A stretch of DNA of 64,000 nt, from assembly GCA_963693095.2 (NCBI GenBank), contig OY843768.1, positions 1,408,001-1,472,000 of the forward strand. The letters are read 5' to 3'. Of this stretch, positions 1-10,597 are shown in pieces. The translations under genes were made by a program, and so were the position numbers. A model generated the notes under the pieces. The model had not been told where the DNA came from, made no database searches, and was given only the letters and a program-made list of their open reading frames with translations. Position 1 is the first letter of the stretch. Every line of letters begins with the position of its first letter. The DNA comes from Cenarchaeum sp. GTDB taxonomy: Archaea > Thermoproteota > Nitrososphaeria > Nitrososphaerales > Nitrosopumilaceae.

Positions 1-1470
1 GCCCGCGAGTATGAGGCGCCTTATGCGCAGGACCATGGCCGCGACGAGGTGTATGATGCCGATAAAGAGCGAGACCTTTAGTATGTCGATGACCTGCTCG
101 AATGTTAGCTCGGCTACGCTTATCGCGCCGACTAGCCACGAGACAGAGTGTAGCAGGCCGCCCTCGTGGAGGAGCGACTCAAAGGGCTCCAGGTGGTCGA
201 GGTGGAATCCAAACGCCTCGCCCGCACCGACTCCGGCTATGGCAGCTGACGCGCCGGATATGGCGATGAGCATTCCCCAGCGCGAGAGCGTCCCCTGGCC
301 CTTTAGCTTGAACAGCAGGCCCATGCCCATCAGGAGGAGGCCGTGGCCCAGGTCGGCGAACATTATCCCGTAGAATATGGGCCACGCAAGCGCTATCATC
401 GGCGTTGGATCAAGCTCGCCAATGCGCGGTATTCCCTGGCTCTGCGTTATGGGCTCAAACGTGCGCGCAAACCGCCTGTTCTCGAGGAGTGTTGGCGCAC
501 CGGCGGCAACATCACCACTCATCTCATCCACCATCGCAGCCCACTTTGGGAACGCGTTTGCAAACTTTGATGCGAGCCTTGCCGGTATGTATCCCTGTAT
601 GACCGCAAACCTGCGCGTCCCGCCGGGCTTTCGCAGCGTCTCTAGGACATCCTTTGCGACGAGGGCAGCCTCTCGCATCGCCGCAATCTCGGCGCGGCCG
701 GACTTTGATATGGAGGCGAGGCGCCGGCTTATCTCCTTTTGCCGTGCGCGAAGCTCGGCGGCCTTTGAGGCGGCCAGCGCGTGGGCCTCGCTTGGAACCT
801 GCGGAAATCCCTCGGGTATGCGAAACGGCGCAGCGCCAAACCCGCGCATCACCTTTAGCACGCGCTCCGAGTCCGATGCGGCGCACACGACAAGAAGCCC
901 GACGCTCTCCTTGGAGCCCAGGTCGAGTCGCAGGACCGTTGCGCCATCAAGTGAGCGCACGACCTCATCGTGATCAGATGCGCCAATGACAAACATGTCG
1001 ACGTAAAAGTTGCGCATCAGGCCAAAGCCGCCGAGGTTGACGCCAAGGCCAGAGGCCGCACCGAGGCCTGCGCGCAGTGCCAGGTACTCCTCAAGTGACC
1101 TGCGCGACTGCGCAAGCTCCTCGAGGAGCTTTGTGGCCTCGCCGATGACGCCGGGCGCGCGCGAGCGCATGTCGGCCATCAGGCCCTCTATCTCGGAGAG
1201 CTCATAGTCGCGCCGGCGAATCGAGGCTCCCTTGAAGAGAATCTCCATAATCCCGACACGCTCGGGTATGCCCAGGCCCCGAGCCGCCTCGTCTATCTCC
1301 TGGAAGAGCTTTTGGGCCTCAAGGAGCAGGTCGTCGAGCTCGGGCGTGACGAGCTCGTCCTTTGAGTCGATCTTGTGGAACCACTCAAACTCGGCCAGGC
1401 GCGAGACTGCCTGCGCGGCCTCTGATCGCGGGAGCGCAAGCGTGGCCAGGCGAAGCTCTGCTACTCCCAA
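1..1470 (-). CDS. atpI: A/V-type ATP synthase subunit I (partial, runs off the left edge)
   Basis: Not in the ORF track. Translated by hand from TTG at 1470: LGVAELRLATLALPRSEAAQAVSRLAEFEWFHKID..., with a later hydrophobic stretch (FYGIMFADLGHGLLLMGMGLLFK). Divergent from atpE; TATA-like AT tract at ~1495-1502. Confidence 0.88.
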   Translation of the reverse strand, partial: MGVAELRLATLALPRSEAAQAVSRLAEFEWFHKIDSKDELVTPELDDLLLEAQKLFQEIDEAARGLGIPERVGIMEILFKGASIRRRDYELSEIEGLMADMRSRAPGVIGEATKLLEELAQSRRSLEEYLALRAGLGAASGLGVNLGGFGLMRNFYVDMFVIGASDHDEVVRSLDGATVLRLDLGSKESVGLLVVCAASDSERVLKVMRGFGAAPFRIPEGFPQVPSEAHALAASKAAELRARQKEISRRLASISKSGRAEIAAMREAALVAKDVLETLRKPGGTRRFAVIQGYIPARLASKFANAFPKWAAMVDEMSGDVAAGAPTLLENRRFARTFEPITQSQGIPRIGELDPTPMIALAWPIFYGIMFADLGHGLLLMGMGLLFKLKGQGTLSRWGMLIAISGASAAIAGVGAGEAFGFHLDHLEPFESLLHEGGLLHSVSWLVGAISVAELTFEQVIDILKVSLFIGIIHLVAAMVLRIRRLILAG

Positions 1471-2014
1471 TGTGGCACGCGTCCAGAGTTCTACTTTTTA
1501 ATACCTTTCTGATGTCCTGGACCCCTTTTGGCCCTTTTGCGATCCCAGGGGCACAGGCTGGCGATCGGGGCAGTGTCGGCCATGGGCACCTTGCCCCGCC
1601 AGAACCACCCGCTAGTGGCGCAGGATCTGCGCCCAGGGCGCGCATGTCACGGCAGGCGCCATGTCGGCCGTATGGTCGCCACCGGTGAAAACCCAGGGTG
1701 CGCAGCCAGCCTGCCAGGGGACGGGCACGCCCAGCTGCCATTGAGCACCCCAGGAGGAGCCTCGCGCGCATACGTGGGCAGCCGACGAAAGGAACCGATC
1801 TGCGTTCAAGACATATATAAGAGCCAGCAGTTTGGCGTCCCATGAAGCCCATGTCCGGAAACGACGAGTCTGTCTCGCAGTGACTGCAATGGCATCCTGC
1901 ATCACACCATCAAACCCCCAGACTGTCAAGGTCATGCCCTGCGTGTCGAGAGGCGCATTCACAATGTCCAACAGACGCCATGCGCATAAAACACAAAGCA
2001 GGCGAGGCGGCACG

Positions 2015-2263
2015 ATGACAGAGCCCTCATCAGATTTTACCGCAAGGCAGATAGACTTTCAGGCCACAATCATCAAGGCACGCATGACAGACGTTCTCGG
2101 GGAGATCGACAGTGCGGCACTCGCCAACAACATGGCCATGGGAGGAGCCCAGTTCACCCAGGCTGATGCCGCACTCGCACTTGATGTCATGGAGCGCATG
2201 GTGGACGTTCACATTATCAATATAAAGTCCGCAATTGCAGGATATCGGAGGGACAGTGTCTGA
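2015..2263 (+). CDS. small helical hypothetical protein (82 aa)
   Basis: MTEPSSDFTARQIDFQ...; TATA-like CATAAAA ~25 bp upstream; TGATG overlap with the next ORF. Confidence 0.55.
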   Translation: MTEPSSDFTARQIDFQATIIKARMTDVLGEIDSAALANNMAMGGAQFTQADAALALDVMERMVDVHIINIKSAIAGYRRDSV

Positions 2264-2541
2264 TGCAAGACGCCGCGAGTCTTGAGGACATAAAACGGGA
2301 GATTGCCGACCTGCATGCACGCAAGGTAGTTGCAACAAGGGCGCACAGGGAAGCCATGCACGACTGTGTCAAAAAGGACGGCTCTCCGGACACTGCGATA
2401 CTAGTCCAGCGACGCGCCGACATCAACAGCATAGAAGCACGGTTGCGCGAGCTAGAGGATCAATACTATCTGATATCCCTCAGGGGATCCCAAAAAAGGG
2501 ATTCAGCAAAAGAAACAGTCGCAAAGGGCGTCAGCACGTAA
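2263..2541 (+). CDS. small coiled-coil hypothetical protein (92 aa)
   Basis: LEDIKREIADL...INSIEARLRELEDQYY heptad pattern; coupled to the upstream ORF. Confidence 0.55.
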   Translation: MQDAASLEDIKREIADLHARKVVATRAHREAMHDCVKKDGSPDTAILVQRRADINSIEARLRELEDQYYLISLRGSQKRDSAKETVAKGVST

Positions 2542-3148
2542 CGTCGGCGCGCAATCATGGCGCCATTTATGCGAGCGGCCATGGATGCAGCCACAGACAT
2601 CGTGCCACAGCATCGTATCCCGCATGGCATGGACACGCCGATGACTCTGCCCACAGGCGACCCTGTGCGCGTCACGTGATCTCGGTGCGCCCATGGCGCT
2701 TTGCTCAACTGCCGGTTCAGGCCATAGTCGACCCAGCGAGACAGGGGCACTCCTGCGCCAGTGGGGCAGACGGCGTATGGGGCATTTGTGGCCTCCCGGC
2801 ACGAGGCCCCCACGGGTCAGGGCAGCAGGCGGCCATCAGTCCCCGTGGGCCGACGCTGCCGGTGGCAGCCGATTGGGCAGCCTAGCCCCAGGTGGGCGCC
2901 CATGCCATGCGACACCGGCGGGGTCTGGCATTGCATGTGCCACGTGCGCCCATTGGGCCCCCATCACATCAGAGCCACTGCCATGGGTGCAGGATCGCCG
3001 ATCCGCCCGAGCTCGCCGTGCCGACTCTTAGGGCACAGACGCGCACGCGCAGGAGAGGCCGACGCCGGACCAAAATGGGCGCATGATCCGCCCAAACTGC
3101 CAAAAACCAACAAACACTAAAATCTGCGCCATCGGACGTGTGGCCGAT

Positions 3149-3748
3149 TTGGCCTCAAATGTGCCCCTTGAGAGGACGATCAGCACGGTTCTAGAGCAGG
3201 CCGGCGGGGAGCTCCTAGGAAGCCTTGCCGAGTCACACGACGAGGCCCAAAAGGCCCTCGCTGCCTCGCTGCCTGGCCTAGAGGCCGAGTATGACCGCAT
3301 AATATCCGAGGCAGGCAAGGAGGCAGACAAGCTAAAGAGGCAGATCACCGGCGGAGCCGACCTCGAGGCGCGCAATGCGCAGCTCCGCCTCGTCGAGGGG
3401 GCAATCGACAAGGTCTTCGGCGAGGTCGCCTCGCGAATACGCGACGCGTCCCGTGACGAGTCCTACTCACGCCTGATCGCAGGCCTCCTCTCAGAGGCGA
3501 CGACTGCCCTAGGCACGACAGACGTCATCGTCTCGACGAGCGCCACTGACCGCGAGGCAGTCTCGGGTGCCGTCTCGGCAGTCTCAGGCGCCGAGCTTGC
3601 CGCCGAGCCCATAGAGTGCATGGGCGGCCTGCGCGTCGTGACGCGCGATGGCGCGACATCTTTTGACAATACTCTTGACGCAAGGCTGGAGCGCATGAAG
3701 CCTTTAATAAGGAAGGAAATTGCCACGCGCTTTGGACTAGGTAACTGA
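3149..3748 (+). CDS. atpE: A/V-type ATP synthase subunit E
   Basis: C-terminal MGGLRV...DNTLDARLERMKPLIRKEIA motif; directly upstream of atpA; TTG start inferred. Confidence 0.9.
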   Translation: MASNVPLERTISTVLEQAGGELLGSLAESHDEAQKALAASLPGLEAEYDRIISEAGKEADKLKRQITGGADLEARNAQLRLVEGAIDKVFGEVASRIRDASRDESYSRLIAGLLSEATTALGTTDVIVSTSATDREAVSGAVSAVSGAELAAEPIECMGGLRVVTRDGATSFDNTLDARLERMKPLIRKEIATRFGLGN

Positions 3749-3751
3749 GAT

Positions 3752-5521
3752 ATGGCGGTACAGGGCAGAATCGTGTGGATAAGCGGTCCGGCCGTCAAGG
3801 CCGACGGGATGGCCAGCGCAAAGATGTACGAGACAGTCACCGTGGGCGAGGCAAAGCTGATAGGCGAGGTCATCCGCCTCACCGGCGATGTCGCCTTTAT
3901 CCAGGTCTACGAGTCGACTAGCGGCCTGAGGCCAGGCGAGCCGGTCACAGGGACTGGAAACCCGCTCAGCGTCCTGCTCGGGCCGGGAATCATCGGCCAG
4001 ATATATGACGGCATACAGCGTCCGCTTCGCGAGCTCTCAAAGGCATCAGGCTCGTTCATTGGGCGCGGGATCACGACGACTCCCATAGACATGTCCAAAA
4101 AGTACCACTTTATCCCCAGCGTCGCTGCAGGCGACACAGTTGAGCCCGGCAGCATAATCGGATCCGTAAAGGAGACTGACATGATCAACCACAAGATAAT
4201 GGTTCCTCCAGACCATGCGGGCGGCCGCATCACGAGCATTGTGGCCGAGGGCGACTATGATCTCGAGACCGAGCTCGCCAAGGTCGAGGGCGGCGAGGTG
4301 ATAAGGATGTACCAGAGGTGGCCGGTTCGAAAGGCGCGGCCCTACAAGGATCGCCACAACCCAACGATACCGCTGATCACCGGACAGCGCGTCATTGACA
4401 CGTTCTTTCCCATAGTAAAGGGCGGCACGGGCTCGATACCCGGCGCATTTGGTACGGGCAAGACAGTCACGCTGCACCAGATAGCAAAGTGGGCAGACTC
4501 GCAGGTCGTAGTCTATATCGGATGCGGCGAGCGCGGCAACGAGATGACCGAGGTTCTTGTGGAGTTTCCGCACCTAAAGGATCCGCGCACGGGCAAGCCA
4601 CTAATGGACAGAACTGTACTCGTTGCCAACACGAGCAACATGCCAGTCGCCGCGCGCGAGGCGAGCATATACACGGGCGTCACGATCGCCGAGTACTATC
4701 GCGACATGGGCAACGACGTCGTCCTAGTCGCCGACTCGACGAGCCGCTGGGCAGAGGCCCTCAGGGAGATGAGCGGCCGACTCGAGGAGATGCCTGCCGA
4801 GGAGGGCTATCCGTCATACCTGGCCTCGAGGCTAGCCGAGTTCTACGAGAGGGCAGGCCGCGTGCGCGCACTCGGCGGTCCGGACAGGGACGGCTCAGTC
4901 ACGCTCGTTGGTGCCGTCTCGCCGTCCGGAGGCGACTTTACGGAGCCCGTGACGACGCACACGATGCGCTTCATCAAGACGTTCTGGGCGCTTGACGCAA
5001 AGCTCGCATACTCGCGCCACTATCCGTCGATAAACTGGATGAACAGCTATTCGGGATACCTCGGCGACATATCGACGTGGTGGGAAAAGGAGGTCAGCGA
5101 GGGATGGCCCGCGCTGCGCCAGGAGGCATACGGCATACTCCAGCGCGAGGACACGCTAAAGGAGATAGTCAGGCTGCTCGGCACAGAGGCCCTACCTGAC
5201 GAGGAGAAGCTCATACTAGAGATCGCGCGCATGATAAAGATAGGCATACTCCAGCAGAACTCCTTTGACGAGGTCGACACCTATTGCAACCCCAAAAAGC
5301 AGTACATGCTCCTAAAGATAATGATCGCGTTCTATGAGCGCAGCAAGCGCGCACTAGTCGACGGGGCCGGCATTGCCGACATCCGATCGCTTCCGGTGAT
5401 ATCGTCGATACTAAAGGCAAGGATGGAGATAAAGGATGACGAGATGCCAAAGCTAGAGGCCATCCTCGGGACGATGGAAAAAGAGTTTGAGCAGATTCGC
5501 GTGGGGGCAAAGGCGGCATGA
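3752..5521 (+). CDS. atpA: A/V-type ATP synthase subunit A
   Basis: Walker [41 protein letters not shown]. Confidence 0.98.
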   Translation: MAVQGRIVWISGPAVKADGMASAKMYETVTVGEAKLIGEVIRLTGDVAFIQVYESTSGLRPGEPVTGTGNPLSVLLGPGIIGQIYDGIQRPLRELSKASGSFIGRGITTTPIDMSKKYHFIPSVAAGDTVEPGSIIGSVKETDMINHKIMVPPDHAGGRITSIVAEGDYDLETELAKVEGGEVIRMYQRWPVRKARPYKDRHNPTIPLITGQRVIDTFFPIVKGGTGSIPGAFGTGKTVTLHQIAKWADSQVVVYIGCGERGNEMTEVLVEFPHLKDPRTGKPLMDRTVLVANTSNMPVAAREASIYTGVTIAEYYRDMGNDVVLVADSTSRWAEALREMSGRLEEMPAEEGYPSYLASRLAEFYERAGRVRALGGPDRDGSVTLVGAVSPSGGDFTEPVTTHTMRFIKTFWALDAKLAYSRHYPSINWMNSYSGYLGDISTWWEKEVSEGWPALRQEAYGILQREDTLKEIVRLLGTEALPDEEKLILEIARMIKIGILQQNSFDEVDTYCNPKKQYMLLKIMIAFYERSKRALVDGAGIADIRSLPVISSILKARMEIKDDEMPKLEAILGTMEKEFEQIRVGAKAA

Positions 5522-6903
5522 GCCAGTCCGGTGGCGTCCAGTACAGCAAGATAGCCGAGATAAAGGGTCCGCTAGTCATAGTTGACGGTGTCGAGAACGC
5601 CGCCTTTGACGAGCTAGTCGAGATAACGGCCGGTGACGAGCGCAGGCTCGGAAAGGTTCTCGAGGTCGGAAACGGCAAGGCAGTCGTGCAGGTCTTTGAG
5701 GGCACGACAGGCCTCTCGGTCGCCGAGACGAGGGCAAAGTTTGTCGGGCGCGCCATGGAGATGCCCGTCTCGCGCGAGGTTCTGGGCCGCGTCTTTGACG
5801 GGCTCGGAAGGCCAAAGGACGGCCTGCCTGATCCTGTCGCTGACAAGTTTGTTGACATTAACGGTGAGCCGATGAACCCCGAGCAGCGCGAGTATCCCAA
5901 GGACTTTATCCAGACTGGCGTCTCGGTCATCGACGGGATGATCACGCTTGTTCGCGGGCAAAAGCTCCCGATATTTTCGGGCTCGGGAATATCGCACAAC
6001 ATACTTGCCGCGCAGATTGCGCGCCAGGCCACGGTGCGCGGCACGGGCGAGGAGTTTGCCGTAGTCTTTGCTGCAATCGGTGTCCAGTACAGCGAGGCCG
6101 AGTACTTTAGAAAGAGCCTCGAGGACTCGGGCGCGCTAAAGCGCAGCGTCCTGTTCCTAAACCTCGCCGACGATCCCGCAATAGAGCGAATCATCACGCC
6201 CCGCGTCGCGCTGACTGTGGCCGAGCACCTGGCATTCGAGCTGGGCATGCACGTCCTAGTCATACTCACCGACATGACAAACTATGCCGAGGCGCTCAGG
6301 GAGATAAGTGCGGCGCGCGAGGAGGTGCCCGGCCGCAAGGGATACCCCGGATACCTATACACTGACCTCTCGACGATATACGAGAGGGCCGGCAAGCTCA
6401 ACGGCAAGCAGGGCAGCGTGACGCAGGTGCCCATACTCTCAATGCCGTCTGATGACATCACGCACCCGATACCTGACCTGACCGGATACATCACGGAGGG
6501 CCAGATAGTCCTGGGCCGCGACCTCTTTAGGCAGGGCGTCTATCCGCCGGTAAACATACTCATGAGCCTGAGCCGCCTGATGAAGGACGGGATCGGCGCA
6601 GACCGCACGCGCGATGACCACCAGGAGATATCAAACCAGAACTATGACGCGTACTCGCGCTCGCAGGAGGTTCGCGCGCTCGCCGGCATCGTCGGCAAGG
6701 CCGGCCTGACTGACATTGACCTAAAGTACATGGATGTCGGCGAGGTCTTTGAGAAGGAGTTCTTGAGCCAGGGCGTCGACGAGAACCGCACACTAGAGGA
6801 GACGCTGAGCATACTCTGGAAGGTCGTCTCTATGCTACCGAGAACCGAGATCACAAAGGTCAAGGACAAGTTCATCGACGAGCACTACGACGGGGGAAAG
6901 TGA
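5518..6903 (+). CDS. atpB: A/V-type ATP synthase subunit B
   Basis: [49 protein letters not shown]. Confidence 0.98.
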   Translation: MSQSGGVQYSKIAEIKGPLVIVDGVENAAFDELVEITAGDERRLGKVLEVGNGKAVVQVFEGTTGLSVAETRAKFVGRAMEMPVSREVLGRVFDGLGRPKDGLPDPVADKFVDINGEPMNPEQREYPKDFIQTGVSVIDGMITLVRGQKLPIFSGSGISHNILAAQIARQATVRGTGEEFAVVFAAIGVQYSEAEYFRKSLEDSGALKRSVLFLNLADDPAIERIITPRVALTVAEHLAFELGMHVLVILTDMTNYAEALREISAAREEVPGRKGYPGYLYTDLSTIYERAGKLNGKQGSVTQVPILSMPSDDITHPIPDLTGYITEGQIVLGRDLFRQGVYPPVNILMSLSRLMKDGIGADRTRDDHQEISNQNYDAYSRSQEVRALAGIVGKAGLTDIDLKYMDVGEVFEKEFLSQGVDENRTLEETLSILWKVVSMLPRTEITKVKDKFIDEHYDGGK

Positions 6904-6907
6904 CGCA

Positions 6908-7540
6908 ATGTCCTTTGGCCAAAGCGTCGCAGTCACAAAGATAGAGCTCCTAAAGTACAAGCGCTCAAGCCAGGTCGCAACGATGGTTCAAAAGATACTC
7001 GATGACAAGAGAAAGGTTCTCCTAAAGAACATCGAGGAGATGATCGACGAGGCGATGAAGGCGCGCGGCGGCATCTGGGAGCCGCTCCAGGACATTTACA
7101 CGTCAGTCAACGAGTCATACCTCGCGCTAGGCACGCACACTGTCGACTCGGTCGCCGAGTCAACGCCGGCCGTCATGGAAGTCGACGTCAGCGTTCGCCG
7201 CATAGTTGACGTAAAGGTGCCCACGCTAAACGTCACTGAAAAGGACACAAAGTCAGCACCCTATGGATTTGCCGACACAAACGCATCGATGGATCGCGCT
7301 ACAAAGCAGATAAAGGAGCTCCTACCGAGAATCTGCAAGGCCGCCGAGTATGAAAACTCGATATTCAGCCTCGCCAAGGCGCTCGAAAAGACGCAAAAGC
7401 TCCTCAACGCCCTAGAGAACGTCATAATCCCGCAGTACCAGCAGCGCATAAAGTTCATCGTGTCGGTCCTCGAGGAGCGCGAGCGCGAGGAGTTTGCCAA
7501 GCTCAAAAAGGTAAAGGCGGCAATGGAGAGGCGCAAGTGA
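6908..7540 (+). CDS. atpD: A/V-type ATP synthase subunit D
   Basis: TKIELLKYKR, KTQKLLNALENVIIP, LEEREREEFAKLK. Confidence 0.95.
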   Translation: MSFGQSVAVTKIELLKYKRSSQVATMVQKILDDKRKVLLKNIEEMIDEAMKARGGIWEPLQDIYTSVNESYLALGTHTVDSVAESTPAVMEVDVSVRRIVDVKVPTLNVTEKDTKSAPYGFADTNASMDRATKQIKELLPRICKAAEYENSIFSLAKALEKTQKLLNALENVIIPQYQQRIKFIVSVLEEREREEFAKLKKVKAAMERRK

Positions 7541-7542
7541 CC

Positions 7543-7674
7543 ATGGCGCGCGACGCCATAGCGGGGATGCTCGGCGAGGCCGGCAAGGCACTAGAGGCCG
7601 AGCACGGCGCGCTGCGCACCGAGATCAAGTCTGGCCTCGAGGGCCTCAAAAAGAAGGCGTTATCAGGGGCATGA
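7543..7674 (+). CDS. 43-aa helical peptide at the end of the atp operon
   Basis: Hand translation MARDAIAGMLGEAGKALEAEHGALRTEIKSGLEGLKKKALSGA; ATG 2 bp after the atpD stop; host-like codon usage. Confidence 0.55.
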   Translation: MARDAIAGMLGEAGKALEAEHGALRTEIKSGLEGLKKKALSGA

Positions 7675-7680
7675 GCTGCG

Positions 7681-7735
7681 TGCGGCGCACGGAATCGCGT
7701 GCCGCAGTCGAGGACCGTCTTTTTATAATGACGGC
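7681..7735 (+). terminator. GC hairpin plus T-tract after the atp operon (terminator, or a TATA element)
   Basis: TGCGGC...GCCGCA stem followed by CCGTC-TTTTTATAAT-GACGG. Confidence 0.35.
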
Positions 7736-7907
7736 GGCTAGCACAGGTAGATTAAAGTACGGTACGCCTAAAAGGCAGGCGTGAGAGTCACGGGGACGCA
7801 AGCATCGTCAGATCCTGCCGCAGTTCGATGTGGAGCAGACTGGCAAGTTGGCAGATTTGGAGAATATCGAATGTGGGCATTAGGCCAACAGCGGAGACGA
7901 AGGCGCA

Positions 7908-9017
7908 ATGATGTCAAGACAGGCATCAAATAGGACAAAATGGTCATCGAGGGGTACGAAAACGCCGCACGTAAATCGTCTGACAAACCTCAAGGCCACA
8001 CTAGAAAGCGCACACAACAACAAGATGTTTGTGGACACGACATCCGTAAAGACTCCAAAAAAGAAACCCACCCACATAGACCTGTTCTCCGGCGCCGGCG
8101 GAAACATGGAAGGGTTGAGGCAGGCAGGATTTAGCACAATATTGTCAGTGGAAATAGATGATGACGCATCTGACACCATAGAAAGCAATTTCCCCAAGAC
8201 ACACCACATTAGAGGCGATATTACCAAAGTGCCCAATTCCCAAATTAAAAGAAACATAGGTAAGAAAAATATCGATGTGCTTTCTGCTGGATTTCCATGC
8301 CAGGGATTTTCGATTGCCGGATTTCAGGACATAGATGACAAACGCAATATCCTGTATCGAGAAGTGGTAAGATTTGTTCGGTTGGCACAACCAAAGTATA
8401 TCGTGCTTGAAAACGTTCCAGGAATAATAAGCATGAATAACGGGAAATTTGTTGCTGACATAAAAAGATCATTTACAAAAATTGGATATCCAAATATGTC
8501 TGTCCTAATACTCGAGTCAGCCACATATGGCGTACCACAAATAAGACCGCGAGCAATTTTTATGGCAAATAGGCTAGGCAAAAAAAACCCATATCCGCTC
8601 CCCATATTATCTCCAGACAATTACAGGCCAATTGAATCAGCAATTGGAGATCTTGAGAAAAAAAAGAGGGAGAAAGACACCAATCATGAATGGACGGCAC
8701 ACCGACCAGACATGATAAAACGGATAGCGCGCATACCTCCAGGAGGATCACTCTATGAGACTTATGTAGACTGCGCAAAGCGCCAATATGTAGGAGTTCC
8801 CTCAATGACGATAAAAGAAAATCATGGAGGAACTCACATACACTACAAGCTTGATCGCATGATCTCGGCAAGAGAGATGGCAAGATTACAGAGTTTCCCA
8901 GACAGCTTCAAGTTTTCAGGCAGGATGAAACGAGTCATGTGGCAGATTGGGAATGCGGCACCGCCACTTTTGTTTAAGCACATAGGCAAGTCAATAATCA
9001 GTCAAATCAAAACATAG
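7908..9017 (+). CDS. orphan DNA (cytosine-5)-methyltransferase (true start may be ATG ~8025)
   Basis: Motifs I DLFSGAGG, IV AGFPCQGFS, VI ENVPG, VIII PQIRPR, IX REMARLQSFPD, X IGNAAPP; visibly AT-richer than flanks. Confidence 0.93.
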   Translation: MMSRQASNRTKWSSRGTKTPHVNRLTNLKATLESAHNNKMFVDTTSVKTPKKKPTHIDLFSGAGGNMEGLRQAGFSTILSVEIDDDASDTIESNFPKTHHIRGDITKVPNSQIKRNIGKKNIDVLSAGFPCQGFSIAGFQDIDDKRNILYREVVRFVRLAQPKYIVLENVPGIISMNNGKFVADIKRSFTKIGYPNMSVLILESATYGVPQIRPRAIFMANRLGKKNPYPLPILSPDNYRPIESAIGDLEKKKREKDTNHEWTAHRPDMIKRIARIPPGGSLYETYVDCAKRQYVGVPSMTIKENHGGTHIHYKLDRMISAREMARLQSFPDSFKFSGRMKRVMWQIGNAAPPLLFKHIGKSIISQIKT

Positions 9018-9188
9018 AAACAAGCCAGTGCATACCAGAGATCAAAAGATCGCCCGAATCAGCGATTTATTGCCTTTCCCCATGAATTTACATGTGCGCG
9101 ATAGACTCAGTGGAGTCTATACGGCCACGGTGTATGCTCTTGCATGACCAGCATACCTAAATCCATGCCATCGTGGGGCGGCGGCAGG

Positions 9189-10052
9189 ATGAAGGTCGCC
9201 GTCTTTGCAAGCTGCACCGAGGATGAGATCACAGTAGACGGGAGGACGAGCGTGACGCAGGGCGGACCGGGCACATATTGCAGCATCATGGCGCGCCGGA
9301 TGCGCGCCGACGTCGAGCTCCACACAAGAATGCCGCCTAGTGCTAGCGCTCGCGGCGTCCTCGAGGAAGAGGGCATATCGATACACGGCACACCGGCTGC
9401 GAGCATCATGCGCTTTGCGCTTGACGTCCATGGGCGCGAGCGCACGGTTCGCCTCCTTGATGCCGGAGAGCCCATCGAGTACGCAGGCGGACTGGGAGTC
9501 GACGGGGCGATCATAACTCCGGCGTGCGGTGAGATGTCACAAGAGACGTTTGGTGCGATAAAGGCCGACGCGCCGTTTGTGTTCCTGGATCCGCAGGGGT
9601 TTCTCAGGAGAGCCGGTGCGGACGGCGTTATCACACTGGCGCGCACCGAGATGGACCTGCAGGGCGTCTCGGCGATAAAGGTAGACGACGACGAGCTGGC
9701 CGCGCTCACGGGAGGCAAAAGTGTCGGCGCACTAGCCGACGCCGGAGTCGAGCACGTCCTTCACACGTCCGGGCCGGACATATTGATGGTGTCAGGAGGC
9801 CGCGAGTACCGTCTTCGGCTGCCAAACCGCAGCGTAGCGGACACGACCGGAGTCGGCGACATGTTCTCGGCGTCATTTTGCGTCACGATGCTCAAGGAGC
9901 GTGACGCGCTGTGGGCGTTCTGCTTTGCGTGCGGGGCCGCGCACGCCGCACTGGACACGGGCGCAACAGGCACCAAAAAGATCCCCTCGCGGCGCTCAGT
10001 GGAGACTAGCGCGGCGTACTTTTACAACACTGTCGAGTTTTCAAGCGCATAG
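9189..10052 (+). CDS. PfkB/ribokinase-family carbohydrate kinase
   Basis: GGPGTY N-terminal motif, DPQGF, DTTGVGD signature. Confidence 0.85.
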   Translation: MKVAVFASCTEDEITVDGRTSVTQGGPGTYCSIMARRMRADVELHTRMPPSASARGVLEEEGISIHGTPAASIMRFALDVHGRERTVRLLDAGEPIEYAGGLGVDGAIITPACGEMSQETFGAIKADAPFVFLDPQGFLRRAGADGVITLARTEMDLQGVSAIKVDDDELAALTGGKSVGALADAGVEHVLHTSGPDILMVSGGREYRLRLPNRSVADTTGVGDMFSASFCVTMLKERDALWAFCFACGAAHAALDTGATGTKKIPSRRSVETSAAYFYNTVEFSSA

Positions 10053-10075
10053 GCTGCGTGCGCGCATCGCGGCGA

Positions 10076-10597
10076 TCACGGGGCCTTTTCTCCGGCGTCC
10101 CCGTGCCGCCTTGCCATGAGGAGGCCGCGCGAGCGCATCGCCTTGCGAAAGAGCACAAACCCAAGGGCCGTCGTTATCGCTCCAAAGAGTATGTTGGGGA
10201 GGCTCGACTCGCCTGCAGACGTGGCCATGAGCGTGAACACTAGTCCCATGAGCATCATGAGCACGCCGAGGCCGGCGAACGTGACGAGGACGAGGGGCAG
10301 CTGCTTAGGAGCCTCGCCGAGTGACTTGTCAGGTATCACGCCCTTCTTTACTGCGTCATGGCACACGTCGCAATAGTGGCCCTGCTTTTTGTCGCGCCAT
10401 GCCGACTTTAGGTAATAGAACTCTAGTTCGCACAGGTCGCATGTCTTTTTTGGCAGCGTTATGCGCGCGTTCTTGTCAAAGTCATCCCCCAGGTGCAGCA
10501 TGCACTCCTTGCAATAATAGCCCGGAACGCGCCACATGCGGTGAAACCTGTATTTTTTGAAGCCGAGCGGGCGCCCACAGCCGGCGCATGCGGTCAT
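10076..10597 (-). CDS. Cys-rich zinc-finger membrane protein coupled to the urea transporter
   Basis: Four CxxC pairs followed by two hydrophobic helices; ATGA overlap with the DUR3 stop. Confidence 0.75.
   Translation of the reverse strand: MTACAGCGRPLGFKKYRFHRMWRVPGYYCKECMLHLGDDFDKNARITLPKKTCDLCELEFYYLKSAWRDKKQGHYCDVCHDAVKKGVIPDKSLGEAPKQLPLVLVTFAGLGVLMMLMGLVFTLMATSAGESSLPNILFGAITTALGFVLFRKAMRSRGLLMARRHGDAGEKAP

Noticed and set aside
11-1501. Plus-strand ORFs of 65-198 aa
   Set aside because: Antisense shadows of atpI in GC-rich DNA
3752-5521. Intein in AtpA (also checked RadA)
   Set aside because: Both have normal-length cores with contiguous motifs
7770-7935. Remnant restriction endonuclease upstream of the orphan MTase
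   Set aside because: Only short frames without a PD-(D/E)xK or HNH motif were found
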